NCBI GenBank assembly: GCA_040954595.2
Contig: CM082592.2
Span: forward strand, 2,408,438-2,472,437
DNA: 64,000 nucleotides
Direction: 5' to 3'
DNA from: Balanoglossus misakiensis
Lineage: Eukaryota; Animalia; Hemichordata
Part shown: one piece after another, positions 12,261-24,299 of the stretch
How positions within the stretch are numbered: the first letter of the stretch is position 1
Layout: the number at the start of each line of letters is the position of its first letter
Made by a program: the position numbers and the translations under genes
The notes under the pieces: model-generated
The model's database searches: none
What the model saw: the letters and a program-made list of their open reading frames with translations, nothing else
What the model was told of the DNA's origin: nothing

Positions 12261-15200
12261 TAGACCATGAGCCAGTAGGGGTTTACCTCCCCCCCCCCGG
12301 GGGGGGGGGGTTTTGAGACAATGTTTTCTGAAAGCCTATCATATACTGAGTAAAATTCACTTTGTTTGCCATCTGGGCACCGGGGCGTTTTCGAGTTATT
12401 GGCTTCTAAATTATATTGGGTAACGTATGTAGAAATGCCTAAAAGTGCATATAAATTGACGTAGGGGGGTAAATTAGTCTTGTAAAATACTGTCTCTCTG
12501 AATGTATACCTAGAACAACAGGGAAGTATTTGGTATCAAAAGAAAGCTTAATAAACAAGCCTTCCATTAATTACAAAATAAAAGTTATATGACAAATCAT
12601 GACATCATAGTGACGTCATAAGTCAAAATACCCTTACGAAAATGGTGTTCTGTTCACCTATAAATGTGAGGTTTTGCAAAACACGTCTCTGAGCAATTGT
12701 ACTGATGAAAACTGTGATGTGTTTGGTATCAACAGAAAGCTGATTGAGTAAAGTATCTAATTATTGCAAAAAATTGATATAATAATCAATTACGTCATCA
12801 TTACGTCATACTTCCAAGTACCCTTACCAATTAGTGACTATGATGACAAGTTATTACCCTAGGAGATAGGTGCCTTTAAATAAAAAAATTGGTAAGGAAG
12901 GTTTGTGAAGTCCATTCTATGTAAAAATTGGTGCTGATTCCAAAAAAGGCAGTCTGACTGACCCCCACCCAAGACAAAATTGCCATTTTGGCACTTTTTA
13001 ACCCAAAAAGGTCATTTTTAGAAAACACCCAAAACTTATATATTTTCTTCACTTTCGGAGATCTGATAATGTATTATATACCCACCCTGTGTGAAATTTG
13101 GTAGGTATTCAAAAAAGTAGGTTTATTGGCGCCACTCAAGATTAAATTGCCATTTTGGCACTTTTTAACCCAAAAAAGGTCATTTTAAGAAAACACTAAA
13201 AACACACTGTTTTCGTCACATTCGAAGATCTGATGACATATGATATGCCTATTCTATGTAAAATTTGGTTGATATTACGAAAAAAGCAGTCTGACTGACC
13301 CCACCCAAGACAAAATTGCCATTTTGGCACTTTTTAACCCAAAAAGGTCATTTTTAGAAAACACTAAAAACACACTGTTTTCGTCACATTCGAAGATCTG
13401 ATGACATATGATATGCCTATTCTATGTAAAATTTGGTTGATATTACGACAAAAGCAGTCTGACTGACCCCAAACGAGACAGAATTGCCATTTTGACCATT
13501 TTTGCCCCAAAACGTCATTTTTAGACAAAACTTAAAACACACTCTTCTCTTCATATTGATTGATTTGATGATATATGGAAAGTCAATTCTATGTGTAAAA
13601 TGGTGACTATAAAACATAAAGCAGTCTTTTTGACCCCAAAAATGCCATTTTTGGCCACATTTTTGAGGTCAAAAAAGGTCATTTTTACAAAAAAAACTAA
13701 AAACAAACTGTTTTCTTCATATTTAGAGATCTGATTATGTATGAAAAGTCCATTCTATGTAAAAAAAAATCTGATTGACCCCACTCTAGTCAAAATTGCG
13801 TTTTTGGCAATTTATTGCCTAAAAAGACCTACTTAAGACAAATTTATCATTTTAAACATTATCTAGAGAAAAAAATGTTTGCATTTGGAAATAGCCCAAT
13901 AATGATGATGAAACAGCGTTGAGAGTAAAAGAAGTTATACGAATTGAACCAAAGTCGCATCGATGAATCTAAACACGTCGCCCAGGACCAAGCATTAAAC
14001 ATGATACAGGCGACAAAAAGACAGGCACTGCACGTGGCAAAGTCCCAAATATTCACTTAGAGCATCTCTAAATTGAAACGTCAAGGAATTTAAGAGTTTT
14101 TATTATATTTATTAGGTTTAAACCCACATTTTCCCGTTGTGTGCTAGTTCAGGGGCCAGTTTTAGCTCTATTGAGTATTTAGCATCGTGGGATTGCACCC
14201 CTGTCCAATCAAAATGACGGAGGTATCATGATATAATATAATTTCTGATTTTGTATTCAGAACGAAGAGGATAAATGTCAACAATCTATCCGGAGCTAGT
14301 ATAGATGTACTTAAAAAAATTTATACCATGTATAAACGACTTATAGTATACAGTGTGAATACATGGATCGTCTCGTTTTATTGTTGAGTTCCATTTTAGG
14401 CTAAATGTGCCAAATTGTGGCAACTCTGCCTTTCAATATCATCAATTCAACTGATATCATATGGTATGACATTTTAAATATGCAAATATAACATCAAAAC
14501 TCAAAAGGCAAAAAACACCAATTATTTTGTTTTCTGAAAAAGACAATTGTTGACTAGAAGATGGCTTAGTGGCAATTTTGTATTGAGTGGGGTCTTAATA
14601 AGACTGTTGTGTTGGTATCAGCATATTTTTTGCAAAAAATGGACTTTCCATTCATAATCAAACATTTAAATACGAAGAAAACAGCTTGTTTTCATTTTTT
14701 CTTGAAATGACCTTTTTGACCAAAAATGGCCAAAATGACAATTTTGTAGGGCTGAAAAGAATTTTTTTTTTTGGAATCGGCTCCCTTTCAACAAAAATGG
14801 ACCTTCTCCGTACATCATAAGATCTCTGAAAATAAAGAAAGAAGTTTCAAACAGTTACCTTTTTTGAGCAAAGTGGCCAAAATGGCATTTTTTCCCTCTG
14901 TGGAGTCAGTACTAAGAGTGCTTTTTTGGAAAAATCGCTACTTTTAAGATAGAATGGACTTTTATTTATTATTAGATCACCAAAGGGAAAAAAATAGCAT
15001 GTTTTTAGTATTTTCTAAAAATGACCCTTTTTGGGCAAAAAGTATTTTCATCTTCATTGAGATCAATAAGATTGCTTTTTCTAGAGTCAACACCAATTTT
15101 TCAATAAATGGACTTTTCATACATGATCAAATTTCCAAATATAAAGAAAAACGTTTGCTTATTTCTTAAAATGGCCTTTTTGGGCAAAAACTTGCCAAAA

Positions 15201-16262
15201 ACGCAATTTAATCTTGAGTGGCGCCAATAAACCTACTTTTTTGAATACCTACCAAATTTCACACAGGGTGGGTATATAATACATTATCAGATCTCCGAAA
15301 GTGAAGAAAATATATAAGTTTTGGGTGTTTTCTTAAAATGACCTTTTTTGGGTTAAAAAGTGCCAAAATGGCAATTTAATCTTGAGTGGCGCCAATAAAC
15401 CTACTTTTTTGAATACCTACCAAATTTCACACAGGGTGGGTATATAATACATTATCAGATCTCCGAAAGTGAAGAAAATATATAAGTTTTGGGTGTTTTC
15501 TAAAAATGACCTTTTTGGGTTAAAAAGTGCCAAAATGGCAATTTTGTCTTGGGTGGGGTCAGTCAGACTGCCTTTTTTGGAATCAGCACCAATTTTTACA
15601 TAGAATGGACTTCACAAACCTTCCTTACCAATTTTTTTATTTAAAGGCACCTATCTCCTAGGGTAATAACTTGTCATCATAGTCACTAATTGGTAAGGGT
15701 ACTTGGAAGTATGACGTAATGATGACGTAATTGATTATTATATCAATTTTTTGCAATAATTAGATACTTTACTCAATCAGCTTTCTGTTGATACCAAACA
15801 CATCACAGTTTTCATCAGTACAATTGCTCAGAGACGTGTTTTGCAAAACCTCACATTTATAGGTGAACAGAACACCATTTTCGTAAGGGTATTTTGACTT
15901 ATGACGTCACTATGATGTCATGATTTGTCATATCACTTTTATTTTGTAATTAATGGAAAGCTTGTTTATCAAGCTTTCTTTTGATACCAAATACTTCCCT
16001 GTTGTTCTAGGTATACATTCAGAGAGACAGTATTTTACAAGACTAATTTACCCCCCTACGTCAATTTATATGCACTTTTAGGCATTTCTACATACGTTAC
16101 CCAATATAATTTAGAAGCCAATAACTCGAAAACGCCCCGGTGCCCAGATGACAAACAAAGTGAATTTTACTCAGTATATGATAGGCTTTCAGAAAAACAT
16201 TGTCTCAAAAATTCCCCCGGGGGGGGGGGGGGGGAGGTAAACCCCTTCTGGCTCATGGTCTA
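12261..16262. mobile_element. 4-kb foldback DNA transposon (inner) with ~935-bp near-perfect TIRs and ~170-bp subterminal tandem repeats
   Basis: TAGACCATGAGCCAG...(12261-~13196) is the reverse complement of ~15325-16262. ~170-bp repeats continue inward to ~13850 and from ~14560. The ~700-bp core has no recognisable coding content. Flanks read as a TAA, TA or AT duplication. Confidence 0.9.
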
Positions 16263-16303
16263 TAAATTTTTTTTTAATAAAAAAGGAGTAACTTCACTTT
16301 AAT

Positions 16304-17467
16304 TTAAAGTGGAACGTTGTGATCCGTTTTTGAGCCAATTCTGCGAAATGCGATTAAAAAGTACTATGAAAAACGTTGGTTTCATTCACTTTCACTTACG
16401 CATAACAGAGCTACAGCCAGCCAAAAACTGCGCGAACCCGGAAGTGAGTGACGTCAGCAACTCGTACCGTTGTCCGCTGCCGACGCGTTGGAGCGAGCTT
16501 ATGCTTATACACGCCTGCACTCACGCGACGTTAGCATAGCAAAATATTCTCGGGTAGTAGGCTACAATTTTGAACCAGAGATTCCCTTCTACGACCAAGA
16601 GACTGAATTTTACAGAGGACAAAAGTTCATGCAGTTCTGATCATCTCCGATGTGTCCCGTTTGTCAAGGCTTACACTTGGTGTGGTTTCAGTGAAACCAT
16701 AGACCCTAGGGTCTATGGTGAAACAGACAATACCCTCCCTTGTTGTCTCTCACTCGTTGTCACCTTTTCGAACCACTTTTCTTACAAAAATACTTTGTCA
16801 CCTTTTATGGAGTTGAAAAGAACGCAGGTGCATCGTCCTGCTGTCCAGGTGTAGTACGTCCGTAGTATAATGGAAGCCAATACCATGTTATTCTATGCAT
16901 GTTTCGTCTCTTGAAATGTATTAAAACTGCCCTTTTTAGTTGCTTTCATTTGATAACTATGCGATCGTCAATAAATGGAAATTAAACCCAAATACGTGTA
17001 CCAAAAAACGTGCAGGAAAGATTTAAAACGGTACGTTTATTATTATCAGTTAGAACAACTTTGTATAGGCATTACGGTTTGTTCATAAACGTCGACATGC
17101 ATGGCATCGTGGACATTGCAGGGTCTATGTCTGCACGCATCGACAAATACAATACACGTAGAGCATTGCCTTTGAAAGAAACTTATCCCCGTCGATTTTC
17201 CGAATATGTTTTTAAAATCATGAACTTGACATTTCGCCATGTCAGATCCGCGCAAAATGTGTCTGTTTATTGGAAATGACACGTCGAATGTGTAAAGAGC
17301 GCTGCGCCTCGACTGCAACGCAAGTTGCTGACGTCACTGTAGTATTTTCAACTCGCGTCTTCTGCTTGCGCAGGAAGTGAAAGTGAATTAACCCATCGGA
17401 ACGTTGCCATTTTTGACACCCGGTTTGTACTTTGAAGCCTAAAATTGTGGGTGTCGTTCCTCTTTAA
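16304..17467. mobile_element. TTAA-flanked non-autonomous element (Kolobok-like)
   Basis: TTAAAGTGGAACG ... CGTTCCTCTTTAA, plus subterminal inverted AGTGACGTCAGCAACT / AGTTGCTGACGTCACT. Confidence 0.7.
16698..16717. mobile_element. 20-bp palindromic transposon remnant with 7-bp TSD (P-element-like footprint)
   Basis: GTGAAAC-CATAGACCCTAGGGTCTATG-GTGAAAC. Confidence 0.6.
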
Positions 17468-18997
17468 TTTTATTTAAAATGTACTTGAAACCAGGTATAT
17501 TTTTTTATAAAAGATCAACCGGCGAGTTTAAATACTTGTAAGACAGGGGAGTAGATTATGGGGAAATTGAAGAAAGTTGCGCAATTTAACATTAAGATTA
17601 CTGAATTATCAAACTGCTTATCATATAAATGTGTGAAAAATGCGGAGCCAAAAGTCGTGCCAATCTGTAAAAACGTTATAGATAATAAACAAAATCCGTG
17701 TTTCGAAATACAGTGAAAGTAATAACAAAGCAAGTGAGACTATTCATTGTAGAATAACGAAGTATATTTTTAAGAAGAAATATATAGATTGAAAGATTTC
17801 TAGATCTTTGTATGTAAAATTATACAAATATTATATATGTATTTATAAGTTGATATGACCGGGCGAAATAGACACGTGTTTTGCCCAAAAAGATATATGA
17901 TGTACACTGGCTGTGTAAGAACTCTTGAACTGTGGGCGATAATCATAAGCTGGCGTTTTCTTATTCTGAAATTTGGTTACGATATCTGGTTAAGGTACCC
18001 CCAAAATCGGAAACGCAATCAATGTCGAGTCAATCATCATAACCTTTTTCGCGGAACTGAATAGTTACTGTAGTTTATTTTCATATCACCACTGGCAAGA
18101 TAATAAGTTGAAAGTTTCTGTAACAAAACTTGAGTATATATGGAAATATTAAACTATAATAGTATAAATACATACACATATCCGATTTCATAGCAAATAC
18201 TTATTCCCCAGTATTTTCAGAAGTCTACAGGTCTACAGTCTGTAGTTCCTGGTTGGGAAAAAAAATAAAATAAACACCATTTTCGCATGTGCTGATGTAA
18301 AAATTTATTCGACGCAAAGTGGTAACGCGGGGCAACCGCAGTTGCGCGTCAGGAAACTCGTCGCCCGAAAATCCGACATGACGGATTTCGAGGCGACGTC
18401 GCCAGACGCGTTCCAGCGACGCGACTACATCATACACACGAGGCAACTCACCGAGCAACTCGGGTTGCGCGTCGAGTTGCCTACCGAGTTGCCTCGTGCT
18501 GATAATGACTTTACACGCCAAAGTCGATAGGCTAAATACGATATGATTTCGGCTTGTGGTAATATGCAGTGGTAAAACCGCGATAGAATCGTTAAAACAA
18601 TAACCGTTACGAAGCTCGTTTCGATATAGTGAGGTCTGAAGATATGGATCTGAACCCTAATCACTGAGCACATAGAAAGTGCGCAAAACCCATAAAACCG
18701 GATACGCCGCGTCTTCCATCAGAGAGCGGACAGTCGTGATATAATTCCCCGAATCAGATGTCATTGCTTGGCGCAAAGCTTTACAGTTTTTATGACGAGT
18801 GTAAACGAAAAGATATTTAATTTGTTGAGAAAATAGCTTTTATTCACGAGATGAGTAAGCGTAGTTTTTCGGTGCTAAATTGGCATTCGGTGAACCCCCT
18901 GGGCTGCCCCCTACTAAATGCTTCAAACCAAATCAGGCCTGAAACCAAATGTATTTGATTTGGATGTTGTCGCTGCAAATTGTAATCCAAATAAAAG

Positions 18998-19318
18998 ACT
19001 TAACATATCCACGACCAAAAATCGGTCGTGGGGGAATATACGTAGAGAAATCGAAGACTTAACATAGCCACGACCAAAAAACCGGTCGTGGGAGAATATA
19101 CGTAGAGAAATCGAAGACTTAACATAGCCACGACCAAAAAACTGGTCGTGGGAGAATATACGTAGAGAAATCAAAGAATTAACATATCCACGACCAAAAA
19201 CCGGTCGTTGGGGAATATACGCAGAGAAATAAAAAAACCGGTCGTGGGAGAATATACGTAGAGAAATCAAAGACTTAACATATCCACGACCAAAAAACCG
19301 GTCGTGGGAGAATATACG
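18998..19318 (-). repeat. 60-bp tandem hairpin repeat (mirror of 11375-11725)
   Basis: Unit TTAACATAGCCACGACCAAAAAACCGGTCGTGGGAGAATATACGTAGAGAAATCGAAGAC, 5-6 copies. Confidence 0.95.
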
Positions 19319-19671
19319 TAACATTATGCCCGATTTGATAGGCTTGGCGCATGCGCGAATTCCATGCGTTGATAGTCCTCTTTGCGGCAACTGCTACTGC
19401 CTTTTAACGTACGCGAGCTTTAAAAAGGGTGTCTAGTGAGTTTATATTCATGATATTCGCGACTGTAAATCGGTCGTACGACCGGTCGTGGGACTTGGTC
19501 ATGTGAATCGTTGGTTCATTTTGGGCCAGGTATCATAAGTTGCAGCTCATGTGCCTTTAAATAATAAAATCCAAAAACCACAATTATAAGCACGAAATTC
19601 CAATAATTTTCAAGAGTAGGCGTGGTGAGGAGTGGATGTAGACAGCAGACACGCGTAAGCATAGTAAGCAT

Positions 19672-19900
19672 TAGACTAGCCCACTAGTCTCTTGGTGATT
19701 TTTAAATATCAATACTTTTTATGTTTTCGGTGTTTTTTGTCTTAATAATTTCAATACTTTTTGCGTGCATGCTTGCCTTGAGCGTGTTTTTGCTAGTGAG
19801 GCGAGTTTCGAATTTGGGAATGAGCTTGTGGTTTCGGGTAGCGCGCGCCGACGCGTTCCCTACACATAATGAAGCCCGTGGACTTGGAGCAAGTCTGAGT
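19672..19900 (+). repeat. Interspersed repeat, second copy at about 48877-49075
   Basis: Shared TAGACTAGCCCACTAGTC...GAGCTTGTGGTTTCGGGTAGCG...GACTTGGAGCAAGTCT. Confidence 0.75.
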
Positions 19901-21929
19901 AAGCATTTGAAAATGGCGTGTTTGGTTTGCGCGTTGTCCCCACCAGAGAATGGTAGTGTCCAAGAAGCGCTCGGCTGGCACACTTTAGTCAAAATGATCC
20001 CTATAATCTAGTATACTGTTGACAGTTACATGTAAACAACGCTGTCGCAATTCCTTGAAAAATGATGCGGACGCCCGGGAACGGGCACTTGAAAGTTATT
20101 ACAACATTTTTGAAAGTATTGTCATTTTTAATGTGGATTTTTGGATTCTCCTTTGTATACATAATGAAAATCCGTAATAAAATATAGAGGTCACCGCGCT
20201 TGTTTTTTTTTTTTAAAAACGAGCCATGAATTAAGTCGATGAAAAAAGAAAACTACAGACTCAGTATTTATCACGAATGGTTTGTCTATGGGGAAATATT
20301 TAACGAAATATATCTCAAAATTGAGCGCGGTGACCATTCCATTTTACTGGACTGAATGAATGAATTATCTTTACTTGACAGAGCTATCGTGAACATTACA
20401 ACAGTAGAAGTGGGTTTTCTAGCTATTCCACGTGTAATCCTATGGAAAAAAGATGAACGCGCGTAGTTTTCCAGTTTAATCTGGTACTCACTGGATACCA
20501 AGTACCCCTGCCATTGCAATAGGTGTTAATAGTATTTTCCCTTTGCATGCAAATATCCTTGGGTCGCCCCTTTTGTCTCGATAAAATAAATCGATACCGT
20601 GACAGCAGTGAACTGTAACCACCTGTATTTGTACAATAGTGTTTTTCCGAGTTGGACTGAAACACCAATGAGCGACGCGTTTCTCCGAATGCTGAAATAT
20701 GCTCTATGCGTTTTGGCGGTTGAATATATTTGAATATATTTTATTTGAACAAGACGTTCGAGAAACAAACCTCATTTTTTCACAGGGCGAGCTCCAAGCA
20801 ACATCTTACAGAAGCGGATCTCTGCGTGCCCGTGTCTCCAACCTGCTGCGATGCGCACTAAAGATAAGTTTTCCTTTTACATTTGACATGATTTACTGGT
20901 TAGACCTAAATTATATGTATACTTTCAGCCCGGTTCAAATCCATTGTACTGCATTTTCTGTGTATTTTACCGGTATTTTCGGAAAGACACGCGCCTAAAA
21001 TGTACCACGGTTGGGTACAAACGATTTGACCAACAGACATGTACACATGACGTTTTCGAATTTCGTTCTATGATTTGCATGATCGGTGTTTTTCAAAGAA
21101 AATAGGCTAAATCGATTGCAAAACGCGCCATAATTTCGCGATATTGGTAACCTTCACATGTAATTAAATGGGCCGACCGGTTTATAAATTAGCTGTCCAT
21201 ATGAGCCAGGATCTGACAGCCGACCTGCAGACTCAGGCAGTTCGCACATGCACCACATTGCACCAACCCACTAACCCCTGTCTGGGGCTAGAGGTATGCT
21301 GCTAGATACCTATGGGGGTCCAAATTCTCCTAAAATTTTCGGTAAGAACAGTTTTTTTTATGGGAAAGATAGGCGTTTGTCATTCACGCAAAAGTTTTTA
21401 TCTGACACGCGAGATTTTAGTTAAATTATAGGTGACTTTTGCTATCTAAGTTGCATGTTATAAAACGGCACAGCAGTTCATAATTTTTATTCGGAAAGGT
21501 GGAAAGAAACTACATAGTTGCAAAACGCCACAATTTCGCGATATCGGCCGTCCAGTTTACAAATTAGCTGTTTGAAACTTTTCTGAAATGATAGGTGTCT
21601 TCGGTAAACTAAGTTGCATGTTATGTATAAAATAATGACACGGTTGATCGTTTTTATTCGGAACAAATAAAGAAACTGCGTGGTTGCAAAAAAGTCTTCG
21701 CGATATCAGTCTTCCAGTTTACAGATTAGCTGCTTGAAACTTTTTTTTAAAACACGTTCGAAGATAAGGATGCGCGCCCAGACCAGTTCCACCAATTCTC
21801 TCGGCAATATCGCATAGGCCTAATTCACGAAGAAGCCCCGCGCCCAAGCTTCTCTGAAATTCCGTTTTTCGTTTCTCAACACCATTTCTTTTCCCCTTTC
21901 CCAGAAGAATATTTGAAAGTTTCATCCGT

Positions 21930-22600
21930 CCACACAAGTCTCTTTCTGCTTTCTCAATAGTCATCGTGTCAGAAGAGAAGACAACCAAACAGCAGATTGG
22001 CACCGAGCGAGCGAGCAGGAAGGGCACATCTTTGATGACCGGATCTCCAAACTGCAATATTTGTCCGACAGACACACTTCGTTTTCGTTCCATGATTTTC
22101 CTGCCACACAAGTCTCTTTCTGCTGTCATCGTGTCAGAAGAGAAGACAACCAAACAGCAGATTGGCACCGAGCGAGCGAGCAGGAAGGGCACATCTTTGA
22201 TGACCGGATCTCCAAACTTGCAACATTTGTCCGACAGACACACTTCGTTTTCGTTCAATGATTTTCCTGCCACACAAGTCTCTTTCTGCTGTCATCGTGT
22301 CAGAAGAGAAGACAACCAAACAGCAGATTGGCACCGAGCGAGCGAGCGAGCAGGAAGGGCACATCTTTGATGACCGGATCCGGATCTCCAAACTGCAATA
22401 TTTGTCCGACAGACACACTTCGTTTTCGTTCCATGATTTTCCTGCCACACAAGTCTCTTTCTGCTGTCATCGTGTCAGAAGAGAAGACAACCAAACAGCA
22501 GATTGGCACCGAGCGAGCGAGCAGGAAGGGCACATCTTTGATGACCGGATCTTCAAACTGCAATATTTGTCCGACAGACACACTTCGTTTTCGTTCTTGA
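21930..22600 (+). repeat. ~165-175-bp tandem repeat, 4 copies
   Basis: Unit contains CACACAAGTCTCTTTCTGCTGTCATCGTGTCAGAAGAGAAGACAACCAAACAGCAGATTGGCACCGAGCGAGCGAGCAGG. Confidence 0.95.
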
Positions 22601-22899
22601 TTTTCGCGATTGGTGTTTTTTTTAACTGACCCTTGAAAGTGCAATATTTAAAGTTATAACGCGAATGCCCATAAGATCAATTTTTCAGGCCTTTACTTGT
22701 TTCAACAAAGTCATGCCAGAAGAAACCAACTTTGAAGTCAAGATACCAGTAAACCAGCCCATTCTCGCCATTCTCTTTCTGTCTTCTCAACAGCCAGATC
22801 CAGAAGAAATTAAAGAGAAGGCAACCAGATTTCGCCAAGGAAGGCCCACGCAAAAGTCATGTCGGAAGAAACGAAATTTGAAGTGAAGAAACCAGCAGT

Positions 22900-24220
22900 A
22901 AACCAGTCGCCATTGTAGGAGAAATGGACAAAGAGAATCCAGCCCACGGCCCACCACCACCACCCCACTCCACCAACCTCAACATTGCATATTCTTATTT
23001 GGCATCTTGCCACATTATATTAAACAGTTTCTTTCTGCTTTCTCAACAGTTACTGTGTCAGGTGAAATCAAATTTAAGGAGGAGGCAATCAGAATCCAGT
23101 GCAATCTTCAAACCAGTCGCAGGAGAAATGGACTTTAAAGAGAAGACAAAGAGAATCCAGCCCACGGCCCACCACCACCACCCCACTCCACCAACCTCAG
23201 CATTACATATTCTTATTTGGCATCTTGCCACATTATATTAAACAGTTTCTTTCTGCTTTCTCAACAGTTACTGTGTCAGGTGAAATCAAATTTAAGGAGG
23301 AGGCAATCAGAATCCAGTGCAATCTTCAAACCAGTCGCCATTGTAGGAGAAATGGACTTTAAAGAGAAGACAAAGAGAATCCAGCCCACGGCCCACCACC
23401 ACCACCCCACTCCACCAACCTCAACATTGCATATTCTTATTTGGCATCTTGCCACATTATATTAAACAGTTTCTTTCTGCTTTCTCAACAGTTACTGTGT
23501 CAGGTGAAATCAAATTTAAGGAGGAGGCAATCAGAATCCAGTGCAATCTTCAAACCAGTCGCAGGAGAAATGGACTTTAAAGAGAAGACAAAGAGAATCC
23601 AGCCCACGGCCCACCACCACCACCCCACTCCACCAACCTCAGCATTACATATTCTTATTTGGCATCTTGCCACATTATATTAAACAGTTTCTTTCTGCTT
23701 TCTCAACAGTTACTGTGTCAGGTGAAATCAAATTTAAGGAGGAGGCAATCAGAATCCAGTGCAATCTTCAAACCAGTCGCCATTGTAGGAGAAATGGACT
23801 TTAAAGAGAAGACAAAGAGAATCCAGCCCGCGGCCCACCACCACCACCCCACTCCACCAACCTCAGCATTACATATTCTTATTTGGCATCTTGCCACATT
23901 ATATTAAACAGTTTCTTTCTGCTTTCTCAACAGTTACTGTGTCAGGTGAAATCAAATTTAAGGAGGAGGCAATCAGAATCCAGTGCAATCTTCAAACCAG
24001 TCGCCATTGTAGGAGAAATGGACTTTTAATAAAGAGAAGACAAAGAGAATCCAGCCCGCGGCCCACCACCACCACCCCACTCCACCAACCTCAGCATTAC
24101 ATATTCTTATTTGGCATCTTGCCACATTATATTAAACAGTTTCTTTCTGCTTTCTCAACAGTTACTGTGTCAGGTGAAATCAAATTTGAGGAGGCAATCA
24201 GAATCCAGTGCAATCTTCGA
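22900..24220 (+). repeat. ~220-bp tandem repeat, ~6 copies, two variants differing by 6 bp
   Basis: Recurrent CCCACCACCACCACCCCACTCCACCAACCTC and TTTCTGCTTTCTCAACAGTTACTGTGTCAGGTGAAATC. The CATTGT insertion is present in some units and absent in others. Confidence 0.95.
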
Positions 24221-24299
24221 CATATTATGCTACGCAACCATCTTTATGGTCAATTCATCTTTCCACACATACTAATCTTAACTAAACTTTGTGATTTCT

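Larger units (their letters stand above)
10804..19528. mobile_element. Large foldback-type element (outer): inverted arms with internal hairpin minisatellites
   Basis: 10804-10932 plus 11086-11161 are the reverse complement of about 19318-19528. A 59-bp repeat array at 11375-11725 mirrors a 60-bp array at 18998-19318. No TSD found, so two opposite-orientation copies cannot be excluded. Confidence 0.7.

Noticed and set aside
13860-14560. Transposase in the core of the inner foldback element
   Set aside because: No long ORF or DDE-like motif visible.
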